Notes: generated by a model from the letters alone, not told the origin. Shown: positions 1 through 8,823, numbered from the stretch's first letter. The stretch is DNA of 53,870 nt from Candidatus Aenigmatarchaeota archaeon (GCA_025057985.1 JANXEV010000004.1:1-53870), one strand, 5' to 3'. Numbers and translations: made by a program.

Positions 1-305
1 CTTCCAAGCAAATCTATTTTTTGAGGGGAATCGTATGAATAGATGAGAGTGTTTTTTTCTCTGTCTAGGAAATAATACCCATCGGAAACGGAAAGGGAGA
101 TAGTTCGTTTTGAACCACTGTAACCTGAACCTACATCTTTTATCGTAGAAGAAAGCAAATCCAAATTCGCACTAGCTTCGTTTATCAAACTCGTGGCAAC
201 ATTTTTTTCAATCACGTTCTTTATACCTGTATAAACAAAAATCACAGTCATCGAAGTTATAAAAATCGTTATAACAAAACTTACCATCGGACTAATCGAT
301 TTCAT
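1..305 (-). CDS. Pilin-like protein with class III signal peptide, truncated by the window edge
   Basis: Not in the ORF track. Manual translation from ATG 305: MKSISPMVSFVITIFITSMTVIFVYTG..., open to position 1; KS|ISP plus hydrophobic helix resembles a prepilin-peptidase site. Confidence 0.7.
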   Translation of the reverse strand, partial: MKSISPMVSFVITIFITSMTVIFVYTGIKNVIEKNVATSLINEASANLDLLSSTIKDVGSGYSGSKRTISLSVSDGYYFLDREKNTLIYSYDSPQKIDLLG

Positions 306-316
306 AATTTTTATTG

Positions 317-895
317 TCAATCAAAAACAAAAGCTTCCACCATTCTTTTAGAAAATTCCTCGCCTTCTATTTTTACGTCAATCAAATAGAAAAACCTGTC
401 GCTGTCTTCAAAAAACACAACTCTGTTGACATCGTTATAAATCAAAGTCATATTGTTTCTGCCTGGAGAAGGTGATAAAATCGTAGCATTAATTCCTCTA
501 TTTTCTACAGTGAGATCGTAAAAACTCGCTCCATTTAACACGATGTTTATTTTCACTCTATCCTCTAAAAAATTTATCACGGTTAAATTTAACTGAGTAG
601 AAATGTTGGCTAAAATCAAAACGCCAGAAAACCGCAGAGACTTTCCCCTAACATACCTATCGGTAAAATTCAGAAAATCTAAAGTGTTTCTAACACAGGT
701 ATTATAGTTCTGGAAGGAAAAATATACAACGTTTTTTATCTCATTGTAAACGTTCTCAAAAATTTTTGACTCGTATTCTTGTTTTAAAATTTGTGTGCTT
801 TTTGCTAAATACTCGTTTCTCATGGGTGTGTACATCATGACCAAAGCCACAGAGATTACCACAGACGCTAACAGAAAAGCCTGAGCTTTCACCAT
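317..895 (-). CDS. Putative pilin-like protein (class III signal peptide)
   Basis: MVKA|QAFLLASVVISVAL: KAQ motif followed by a hydrophobic helix; part of an overlapping-gene run. Confidence 0.65.
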   Translation of the reverse strand: MVKAQAFLLASVVISVALVMMYTPMRNEYLAKSTQILKQEYESKIFENVYNEIKNVVYFSFQNYNTCVRNTLDFLNFTDRYVRGKSLRFSGVLILANISTQLNLTVINFLEDRVKINIVLNGASFYDLTVENRGINATILSPSPGRNNMTLIYNDVNRVVFFEDSDRFFYLIDVKIEGEEFSKRMVEAFVFD

Positions 896-1275
896 ATATA
901 CACCCTTATTTCCAACGGACTATACCTAAACGAATCTCCATGAATTAAATAGCTAACCACAGCCAAATTTTCTGAGTCTACCTCTGGAACTTTTGTTGTG
1001 TTAGTCGTTGAATTGAAAATCGCTACTTTAAAATCAAATTTGATGTAATGATGCAACATTTCTTCTATTTTTTCTGAATTTCCATCAATGGCATGTTTTC
1101 TTAAATCTTGAGTTAGGTCTATAATTCTCAGTGTGTTGTAGACTTCAATTTTTCTATTGAGGTATGTTAAGTCTTGAGAGTCTGGAGCTCTAGAAAACAG
1201 TAAAATCAAAATTACACCTACTATAGAAATTGAAATTATGGCTTCTATTGTTTGTAGTTGTCCTTTATTTTTCAT
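889..1275 (-). CDS. Putative type IV pilin-like protein
   Basis: MKNKG|QLQTIEAIISISIVGVILILL: KGQ cleavage motif, nearby Glu, hydrophobic helix. Confidence 0.7.
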   Translation of the reverse strand: MKNKGQLQTIEAIISISIVGVILILLFSRAPDSQDLTYLNRKIEVYNTLRIIDLTQDLRKHAIDGNSEKIEEMLHHYIKFDFKVAIFNSTTNTTKVPEVDSENLAVVSYLIHGDSFRYSPLEIRVYIW

Positions 1276-2581
1276 AAACCTCCACCCTAAAATTGTAACC
1301 TTTTTTCACTATATCTTTTAGCAAGTTATAATCTATTTCCTTTAAGTTTTTCATTTTCTCAAAAGAAATTAAATTGACCTCCTTTTTTGGAAAAATAAAA
1401 ACCTGCAAAGGCCCTCTATACAAAGAATTTATTTCTTCACTTGTTAATGCTCGGTTGTATATTCTAACCTCATCTATAGTTCCATTAAAATACTCGGCTT
1501 TCCATGTGAATTTCGATCTACCAATTTGAAGAGGTTTGTCGCCAGAAATTCTGTTATCAGTAAAGGAAGCTACCAAATTAGAATCTAAATAAACCCTCGA
1601 CAAACCTGAATTCACGACCACAAAGGTTAACATATGAAAGTTTTCCAAATCAGTATAAGAAATATTCTTACTGTTCGTACCTGACCTGAATCGCAAGTTG
1701 TTTTCAGCTTCCGAAGTAAAAATTCCATAAACTGTTTGCGACAAAATTCCATCTTCGCTATTTTTACTTATTATACCACTAGCTCTTCCTTCCAAAGAAT
1801 TCACTTTAACCCATAAATTGATCGTGTAGTTTGAAGAATCGAGAGAAGGAGAATGTAAGACCTCAACATAATCATCTAGACCATCGAAAGACAGCGCTTT
1901 ACCAAATTTTCCATCTACCAAAATTGGAGGGGTTTCTCCATCCGAGTTCGTAGAATTAGCGTCGTACAAAAATCCGTTGTTTTTGTTACCAGAATAATCA
2001 AGTGTCATATTTCTAAAAACATCATCAAAAGTCAACCACAAAACCAAATTACTAAAGCTTCCATAGTCTTTCATTTTTATCGAAGAAGAATTGGAGAAAA
2101 ACAACTGAAAAGTTCTAGAAGAATTAGCAGAAATATTAATCTCTAGAAACAAGATTGAACTTTTAAGATAGCCTGAATTGCAAAAATCTTGATGTACAAA
2201 CTTAAAAGGAACTTCATTAAAATTTTCATCATATATTCTCAAACTTTCGTTCCAAACCAAACCTATACATTCGCTGTCAAAATTCACTACCAAAGTAACA
2301 GCTTCATTTAACCTATCATAACCGGAATTTTCCAATATCAAAAAAGGAATCACATAGTAAGATGAAGCTAACCCTATTGTAGATGGTATGATTTTTTCTT
2401 TTTCCCAACTTTCTGGGTCTCCTCGAGAGATTATCTCATTAACAAAATCCACGGCAGTTTTTTTCATTTCTACTAATTTACTCCACTGCGGACCTTCAGC
2501 AGAAATGTTAACCAAGTATACGATAACGCTACCTATGAAAATTATAAAAATAGAGACTGCGATTATCAAATCGACGTTCAA
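1265..2581 (-). CDS. Membrane-anchored LamG/concanavalin-like domain protein
   Basis: N-terminal TM; LamG motifs GKFGKALSFDG and FNGTIDEVRIYNRALT; TTG start with upstream GAGGT, overlapping the previous stop. Confidence 0.8.
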   Translation of the reverse strand: MNVDLIIAVSIFIIFIGSVIVYLVNISAEGPQWSKLVEMKKTAVDFVNEIISRGDPESWEKEKIIPSTIGLASSYYVIPFLILENSGYDRLNEAVTLVVNFDSECIGLVWNESLRIYDENFNEVPFKFVHQDFCNSGYLKSSILFLEINISANSSRTFQLFFSNSSSIKMKDYGSFSNLVLWLTFDDVFRNMTLDYSGNKNNGFLYDANSTNSDGETPPILVDGKFGKALSFDGLDDYVEVLHSPSLDSSNYTINLWVKVNSLEGRASGIISKNSEDGILSQTVYGIFTSEAENNLRFRSGTNSKNISYTDLENFHMLTFVVVNSGLSRVYLDSNLVASFTDNRISGDKPLQIGRSKFTWKAEYFNGTIDEVRIYNRALTSEEINSLYRGPLQVFIFPKKEVNLISFEKMKNLKEIDYNLLKDIVKKGYNFRVEVYEK

Positions 2582-4842
2582 CTTACCTCACCCACAATTT
2601 TTTCCAACTCTAGAGCCACTTTTAATTCTTCTTCTAAAACTTTTTTACCCTCTACCAACATTTCAATAATAGTTTTTTTGCTTTTTCTTATCTCCTTGAC
2701 ATCATCGATGTTTAAAACTTTTTCTATTTCTTCGATCACTTTACCTAAAAATTCTCTCTTTTCCAACTTCTTAACACTTCCAGAATATTCTTTTATTTTT
2801 TCTTTTAAAACTCCGCTCGAAACTTGTACCAACTTATTATACTCATTTTGGACTGGTGAAGTTTTAGGTATGCCTTCTATTATTTTTCTAACATTCATTA
2901 AAAATTCCTTCTCCTCCAACAAACTTTCTCCACTCATATTCAAAATTTTCAAAGCCATCTCAATAGAATCTATGTCTTTTTTCACATTATTAGCCAGTTT
3001 AGACATAAAAACAAGACCTTTACCTTTTCTGATCATTAGGAAAATTACAAAAGAAGAAACGCCGACGACCAAAAACAAAAGAGCAACGAGAAAAACGACA
3101 CTACCAAAACTCATTCCCTCAACTGGAACTACTATCCTTAAAAATCTGTCTAATGGGTTATCGACAGCGCCAGTCGCATTACCAGAACCTTTTTTCACAT
3201 TTTCACCACCGTTTTCATCTGAACCCCAACCTCTCCTAAAACCAGAACCTCTTTTCTCTGAATCTTTCTTAGATTCATTATCAGAATCTACAACTTTCAA
3301 AACTTTCTCATCGAAGTTCTCATTTCTAGCTAAATCGTATCCGTAAAACCTTATCAAATATTCAGAAGTATTAAGCTTTTCTCTTATTTCGATTTCACAA
3401 ATAACTCTCCTACCTTCTGTCAAAACTCTACAAGATGGATAAAAAGTTTTGTTAAGAAATTCTATCTTCACGCTACTTAAATCCACTCCATTTTCGTCAA
3501 AAATTCCGACTGAAAGTTTTACAGTCTCATTTTCATAAACAGGTGTCCCACCCAATATCGTGGGTGGGGTGTTGTCGAAAACAAAACTCTTAGAATACGT
3601 GGAAATATAATTAACTTCGTTTTTTATTGAAAAAGTTAAAGTGTATCTACCGTCTGAATATTCTCTCGTGTTTATCGTAAAATTGCACACAAAACCAACA
3701 CAACCTAAATTTTCTTCATTCTGCCAAGTTAGATTTGAAACTCTGACCTTCGCTTCCAAAATTCTCTCTATATTCCCGATTTTTAGCGTTAAAACAACTA
3801 TCTTACTCAAATACTCAGATGGATATTCTAGAGATAACACTGGGAATGTGTTGTCTATTTTAACTGGGATCGAGATAGAAACAAAATTTTCTACGTTATC
3901 AAAAAGAGTTAAGTTCAACGTGTAATATCCATCTTGGAATTTAAGGGTATCTAAAAAATGTCTACAAGTATCTTCTCTGCAACTAGTTGAATAAAAAAAA
4001 TTGGATATGGAAATTTCAAGGCGATTTATGCCAGAATACTTATCTTCACCTTTAACAAATATTTCTACTATTTTCCACAAACCTGAGTTCTCTTTAGGAG
4101 AATATTCTATTATTCTAGGTTTTTCGTTGTCTATATAGAAAACTCCAATCTTCGTCACGTTGTAGTTTCCCACATTGTCACTAGCGTTAACATAAACGAT
4201 CCAGCTCGAATTGTCTGGCAACTCAGAAGTGTTCCAAGGTGCAACATACAAATCTCTTCCCTCATCATAAAGCATCCTAATCCAACTTGAGTTCCATGTC
4301 TCGTTTCCGTATGAAAATAATATCACTACACTTTCCGGGTTAACTCCAGATAGTGCATCTTTTATCAAAAAACTTAACCTTTTTCTATCACTAACATAAG
4401 TTACCTCTGAATAAGGAAATGATAAATTTATAGTCGGTGGTGTTCTGTCTACTAAAACTTCTAACGGATTGGTTTCATTTCCGTAAAAAATGGTCCCATC
4501 CGAGTTTGAAACTTTGAAGTAATATAGCAAATATTTTCCTTCTGCTAACAAAGCCTCTAAACCAGGCACCGTCGTGTTACAAATCCAAGGATTTAAATTG
4601 AAACACATCATACTCATCTCTTTCCAAACAGAAGTCGGGTCTTTTACTCTAACATAAAGATAGCCTACCACGTTAGATGGTGAAATCACTTCTATAGAAA
4701 ACACGTCCGAATCTCCACCATAAATATAGCTACCATTTTTTGGAAAAACATCCACCACTGTAGGTTTGGAGAAAACCGGGTATATGAAAAATATAAGGAA
4801 AACTGTCATCAAAATTAAATTTTTCATATATTTAATTCTCAT
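2578..4842 (-). CDS. Surface protein with Ig-like repeats, TM helix and cytoplasmic coiled-coil tail
   Basis: Signal peptide; repeated D(R/N)TPP/DNEKP and DGxY...D..GN Ig-like motifs; TM near aa 580-605. Confidence 0.7.
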   Translation of the reverse strand: MRIKYMKNLILMTVFLIFFIYPVFSKPTVVDVFPKNGSYIYGGDSDVFSIEVISPSNVVGYLYVRVKDPTSVWKEMSMMCFNLNPWICNTTVPGLEALLAEGKYLLYYFKVSNSDGTIFYGNETNPLEVLVDRTPPTINLSFPYSEVTYVSDRKRLSFLIKDALSGVNPESVVILFSYGNETWNSSWIRMLYDEGRDLYVAPWNTSELPDNSSWIVYVNASDNVGNYNVTKIGVFYIDNEKPRIIEYSPKENSGLWKIVEIFVKGEDKYSGINRLEISISNFFYSTSCREDTCRHFLDTLKFQDGYYTLNLTLFDNVENFVSISIPVKIDNTFPVLSLEYPSEYLSKIVVLTLKIGNIERILEAKVRVSNLTWQNEENLGCVGFVCNFTINTREYSDGRYTLTFSIKNEVNYISTYSKSFVFDNTPPTILGGTPVYENETVKLSVGIFDENGVDLSSVKIEFLNKTFYPSCRVLTEGRRVICEIEIREKLNTSEYLIRFYGYDLARNENFDEKVLKVVDSDNESKKDSEKRGSGFRRGWGSDENGGENVKKGSGNATGAVDNPLDRFLRIVVPVEGMSFGSVVFLVALLFLVVGVSSFVIFLMIRKGKGLVFMSKLANNVKKDIDSIEMALKILNMSGESLLEEKEFLMNVRKIIEGIPKTSPVQNEYNKLVQVSSGVLKEKIKEYSGSVKKLEKREFLGKVIEEIEKVLNIDDVKEIRKSKKTIIEMLVEGKKVLEEELKVALELEKIVGEVS

Positions 4843-4854
4843 AGAAAATTAAAT

Positions 4855-6642
4855 TTACGTCCAAACGCATATCTTAACGAAAACTCTCTTCAAAGTACCA
4901 TCCGGATTAACAACTATTTGAGGTACTTCATAACAACTCACTTGTGGCGATTTTTCCATTTCTCTCTCACTTCCACCATAAGTGAATTTAACAACTAAAT
5001 CTGTAGAATTGGTAAAAATTTTGCCAGTCAAAACGTCGGTAACACTCAAATAAATTTTAAAATTACCTATTTGGTTTGGTGCTAAAAACTCACAAGCGTA
5101 ATTTCCACTCATATCTGTGGTTGTGTTGCAGATTTTTTTCCCATCCAAGTAGATATCCATAGGAGAGATTTGGAGAGGAGAATTATCTCTTCTTTTTACA
5201 CTACCATAAATTTTTACCCCCTCACCAAAAAAATAGTAGCTTGCGTTCAAATTTACGAATACTGTCGCATTCTGCCAAACAAGAAACTTTGTATAATTTT
5301 CAGCTCGACCGCCGTCAGTATCCACAACACTACAATAAGAAATATACTCTCCTAAAGGATGATATGGTGATCTATACTCTCTGTAAAAAACGTTTCCTAT
5401 TTTGTTGGTTGTAGAGTTGTCCCAATTTCTATTTGGATTCAATATAGAGATATTTCCAACTAAGTTACAAACGTGGGAAGATTGACAATCCTCTAAATCA
5501 TAAGCTGCGCAAGTTATTTCTATAAAATCTCCGGAATGTACTTCCAAAACATTAGTACTCACTTGAATTTGTGGTGGGTTATTTAAAAAAGTTACAAAGA
5601 TTGTAGACGAAGAGTCGACATAACCAGAAGAGTTAGCATAAGCTGTTATGTTTTTCCTACCTAAAATAAAATCATAGATTGGGATTTGCCATTGAATTTC
5701 ATCACCTATTCCAATCAAACTACTCTCGTTATACCAATATGTAGTGTGTGGAGGAAGGTTATTACAAGAAGAGACAACACTAGCGTTTAACCAAATTATT
5801 TCGCCCCTATAAAAGTTAGAGTTGTTTGTAGGGACTATTATACTTACATTTAACCTTTCCGTGATCTCGAGGAGGGAAAATACCTCATTGTTCGTCTCAT
5901 TCAACTCCTTTACAAAATTAGATGGATCGGCCCTAACGGAAATGTTCGTGTTGCAACTCACTGTCCAGTTGCAGAACGTTTTGTGTAGGGATTTTTTACT
6001 AACGTTTATAATTTTCGAGTCGAAAAGAATTCCGTTCTCGTAGCAAGAAACATTCACACCGTTTGCATCCACATCGCCTTCATTCCAAATTGTAAAATTT
6101 ATTAAAACATTCGTACCAAAAATAGGTTTGTATGGAAGTTCAAGCGAAGAGTAGTTTAACACTAAATCGCTAAGCTGTTTACAACAAACTTTATTAGAGT
6201 AATAACCACATTCTGCGACATGAGAATCTTGTGTAGAGTACATAGAAATCAAACAGGTTTCATCTTCCATACAAGCAGTTTTTATCTCACACTCCAACGG
6301 ATAAGTCGAATAGCCTGCACAAAGTTTGATGTCATAGTAGTTAGGGTGAGAAACGTGAGAGTTGTTGATTCTAAAAAAAGAGAGGATAGGTTGAGTTGAT
6401 GAATTACATGTTTGATTCACATAGCTAAAGATTTGATCACAACATAAGTTGTATTGATAGTACCCACAAGAACCGACATGAGAATTTATAGTCGAGTAGA
6501 GTGAAAACAAACACCTTTCGTTCGCTTCACAACTACCCAGTCTTATTGTACATGAGAGAGAGTAAGCTAAATCTGAAAAGAAAGAGGAAAGTAGAAAAAA
6601 CAGGAATATCATAAAAACGTGTTTTAAATTTTTTCTTACCAT
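4855..6642 (-). CDS. Secreted Cys-rich-repeat protein with CARDB/Ig-like domains
   Basis: Signal peptide; three SHVxxxxYY...C repeats; CARDB-like ADPSNFVKELNETNN. Confidence 0.7.
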   Translation of the reverse strand: MVRKNLKHVFMIFLFFLLSSFFSDLAYSLSCTIRLGSCEANERCLFSLYSTINSHVGSCGYYQYNLCCDQIFSYVNQTCNSSTQPILSFFRINNSHVSHPNYYDIKLCAGYSTYPLECEIKTACMEDETCLISMYSTQDSHVAECGYYSNKVCCKQLSDLVLNYSSLELPYKPIFGTNVLINFTIWNEGDVDANGVNVSCYENGILFDSKIINVSKKSLHKTFCNWTVSCNTNISVRADPSNFVKELNETNNEVFSLLEITERLNVSIIVPTNNSNFYRGEIIWLNASVVSSCNNLPPHTTYWYNESSLIGIGDEIQWQIPIYDFILGRKNITAYANSSGYVDSSSTIFVTFLNNPPQIQVSTNVLEVHSGDFIEITCAAYDLEDCQSSHVCNLVGNISILNPNRNWDNSTTNKIGNVFYREYRSPYHPLGEYISYCSVVDTDGGRAENYTKFLVWQNATVFVNLNASYYFFGEGVKIYGSVKRRDNSPLQISPMDIYLDGKKICNTTTDMSGNYACEFLAPNQIGNFKIYLSVTDVLTGKIFTNSTDLVVKFTYGGSEREMEKSPQVSCYEVPQIVVNPDGTLKRVFVKICVWT

Positions 6643-6683
6643 TTTATTTTTTCAAGTTAGAAAATTAATTCTTTGATCTATTT

Positions 6684-6715
6684 TTCATGCCTTAGAGGTA
6701 GGGTTTAACCCCCGC
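6684..6715 (-). repeat. 3' arm of the 16S pre-rRNA processing stem
   Basis: ccttagaggtaggg (6690-6703) is the exact reverse complement of ccctacctctaagg (8661-8674); flanking ttcatg/catgaa and cccccgc/gcgaggg also pair. Confidence 0.85.
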
Positions 6716-6753
6716 TCCTAAAATTAAGGAGGTGATCCAGCCGCACCTTCCAG

Positions 6754-6839
6754 TTGCCGAGTTAGCAGAGGTTTAATCACCTCCTCACTCATCACTGATC
6801 AGAGTCAAACCATTTTTTCATCTAATCTCTGCTAACCCT
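6754..6839 (-). ncRNA. 16S intron 7 (86 nt, after E. coli-equivalent 1513), BHB-like, with box D'/C' K-loop and an antisense element to the anti-SD tail
   Basis: GCCG/CGGC helix, 11-bp inner stem; splicing gives GTAGCCGTA+CTGGAAGGTGC; internal CTGA (6799-6802) and GTGATGA (6789-6795). Confidence 0.88.
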
Positions 6840-6851
6840 TACGGCTACCTT

Positions 6852-6910
6852 ATCGCCGGTAGCCAGACATTCCAAATCGTCATTCGAGTTTAAGACTCGT
6901 CTGGCCGCCC
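6852..6910 (-). other. 16S intron 6 (59 nt, after E. coli-equivalent 1501), BHB
   Basis: CGCC/GGCG helix, bulges ACG and ATA, inner stem GGCGGCCAGAC/GTCTGGCTACC; splicing gives AAGTCGCCAC+AAGGTAGCC. Confidence 0.85.
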
Positions 6911-6981
6911 GTGGCGACTTAGCCCCCCTCGCGAAGTTCCCACTCGACCTTTCGGCCTCGAGGGAACTTCACTCGGTTGGC

Positions 6982-7018
<37 letters not shown>

Positions 7019-7027
7019 GGCGAACGC

Positions 7028-7115
7028 TTTCATGTCGATCGGAAGATCATAATTATTTCGTTCCTCATTCTTTGATTCGAAGTGGTGCATGTAAATCATT
7101 TGCTTCCGATCAACA
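7028..7115 (-). ncRNA. 16S intron 5 (88 nt, after E. coli-equivalent 1363), canonical BHB, box C/D-like guide RNA
   Basis: TCAT/ATGA helix, bulges CAT and AAG, 12-bp inner stem, 8-bp outer stem; interior ATGATTT-12 nt-TCGA...ATGAGGA-11 nt-ATGA. Confidence 0.92.
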
Positions 7116-7381
7116 TGATGACGTCCGCCTACTAGGGATTCCGGCTTCACGAGGGTGAGTTACAACCCTCGATCCGAACTGGGCGCGCTTTTAGGGGATT
7201 GGCTTCCCCTTTCGGGGTTGCATCCCTTTGTAGCGCGCATTGTGACGCGCGTGTGGCCCAGGGCTTTCGGGGCATACGGACCTACCGTCGCCCCCTCCTT
7301 CCTCCCACTTATCGCGGGCAGTCCCCCATGAGTGCCTACCTTATTAAATAAGGTAGTAGCAACATGGGGTGAGGGTCTCGC

Positions 7382-7413
7382 TTCAACCCCGACCAGATAG
7401 ATTCTGGTCGAGT
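7382..7413 (-). other. 16S intron 4 (32 nt hairpin, after E. coli-equivalent 1105)
   Basis: 10-bp stem CTCGACCAGA/TCTGGTCGGG; helix TAAC/GTTG forms once intron 3 is removed; final product GTCGGTTAACGAGCGAGACCC matches the archaeal consensus spacing. Confidence 0.85.
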
Positions 7414-7416
7414 TCG

Positions 7417-7479
7417 ATGGTCTCGCTAAGCCTCGAATAAAAAGTTTCATTCTTCCAAAAATTTTGATGGCTTAGCGAT
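7417..7479 (-). other. 16S intron 3 (63 nt, after E. coli-equivalent 1102), BHB
   Basis: GGTT/GACC helix, bulges AAA and ATC, perfect 10-bp inner stem TCGCTAAGCC/GGCTTAGCGA. Confidence 0.88.
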
Positions 7480-7777
7480 TTAACCGACTTAACGGCACGC
7501 CTCACGGTACGAGCTGACGATGGCCATGCACCACCTCTCGGCTCGTCTGGTAAGGTCTTCAGCCTGACCTTCATCCTGCCGTCGGCCCTGGTAAGGTTCT
7601 CGGGGTTGAGTCCAATTGAACCGCACGTCCCACCCCTTGTGTGCTCCCCCGCCAATTCCCTTAAGTTTCACCCTTGCGGGCGTACTCCCCAGGTGGCCCG
7701 CTTAACACCTACGCTCCGCCACTGCAAGCTCCCGAAGAGCTTGCAACAGCAAGCGGGCATCGTTTACAGCTAGGACT

Positions 7778-7918
<141 letters not shown>

Positions 7919-7993
7919 CCCTCACCGTCAGACCCGCTCCAGGTAGCCGCCTTCGCCACTGGTGGTCCGCATGGGATTACAGGATTTAACCCC

Positions 7994-8024
7994 TTAGGGT
8001 GAATAGTGCACACACACTATTCAT
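7994..8024 (-). other. 16S intron 1 (31 nt hairpin, after E. coli-equivalent 687), BHB
   Basis: GGGG/CCCT helix, bulges TAA and AAG, 9-bp stem TGAATAGTG/CACTATTCA; splicing restores GGGGTAGGGGTTAAATCC. Confidence 0.9.
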
Positions 8025-8653
8025 TACCCCATGCGTACCGCTACCCTCTCTCGGTCTCAAGTCTGACAGTATCCCTGGCGCGCCCTGCAGTTTACTACAG
8101 GATTTCACCAGGGACTTATCAGACCGGCTACGGGCGCTTTAGACCCAATAATCGTGACCACCACTTGGAGCGCGGGTATTACCGCGGTGGCTGGCACCCG
8201 TCTTACCCACTCCTTCCTCGCTCTCCTGTTTATAGAGAGCAACAGTCCGTGCAGAGCACGGACACTCCGGGTCCCCTCGTCGGGCGTTAGCCCATTGCGA
8301 AGGTTTCGCGCCTGCTGCGGCCCGTAGGCCCTGGACTCATGTTTCAGAGTCCATCTCCGGGCTCCCACTCTCATGGCCCGTAGGCGTTATCGGCTTGTCG
8401 GGCCATTACCCCGACAACAACCTGATACCCCACAGTCCCATTCTGGGGCGACTACGAACGTCCTTTCGGTGTAAGGACCTTCCAGTACCTTACACCTATA
8501 GGGTATTAGCCCCAGTTTCCCGGGATTATCCCCTTCCCCAGAGTAGGTTGACTGTGTATTACGGAGCAGGACGCCGAGGGCTTACCCCTCACGACTCGCA
8601 TGGCTTAGTCGGACCCGGATAGCGGTGGTCTCTGGCGGGATCAGCCAGAATTG

Positions 8654-8683
8654 GCGAGGGCCCTACCTCTAAGGTATCATGAA
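8654..8683 (-). repeat. 5' arm of the 16S pre-rRNA processing stem
   Basis: Inverted repeat of 6684-6715. Confidence 0.85.
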
Positions 8684-8815
8684 TCAACCTTACCTTGAGC
8701 TTTTTCACTCAAGGATAAAATTCTAGCTCGCTTCGACCAGATTCTTCATTGAAAAACCAAACGGTTTCCTCTGAATCCAACACCAGCGAGCTATTATTAA
8801 TTATCAAAATAAGGA

Positions 8816-8823
8816 TATTTAAA
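8816..8823 (-). promoter_or_regulatory. Probable TATA box of the 16S transcription unit
   Basis: Sense TTTAAATA preceded by an A-run, about 24 nt upstream of a leader stem TAGCTCGCT/AGCGAGCTA (8793-8724). Confidence 0.55.

Noticed and set aside
6852-6910. C-like box ATGACGA and TCGA in intron 6 as another guide RNA
   Set aside because: Box order and spacing are incomplete and no antisense target is visible in the window; not claimed
7417-7479. ATGAAAC...TCGA in intron 3 as a C/D unit
   Set aside because: Only 7 nt between the boxes and no target found; at most a decayed remnant
8733-8741. 9-nt complementarity between the 16S leader and the intron 4 stem (TCGACCAGA)
   Set aside because: Within chance expectation, and both segments are already paired locally
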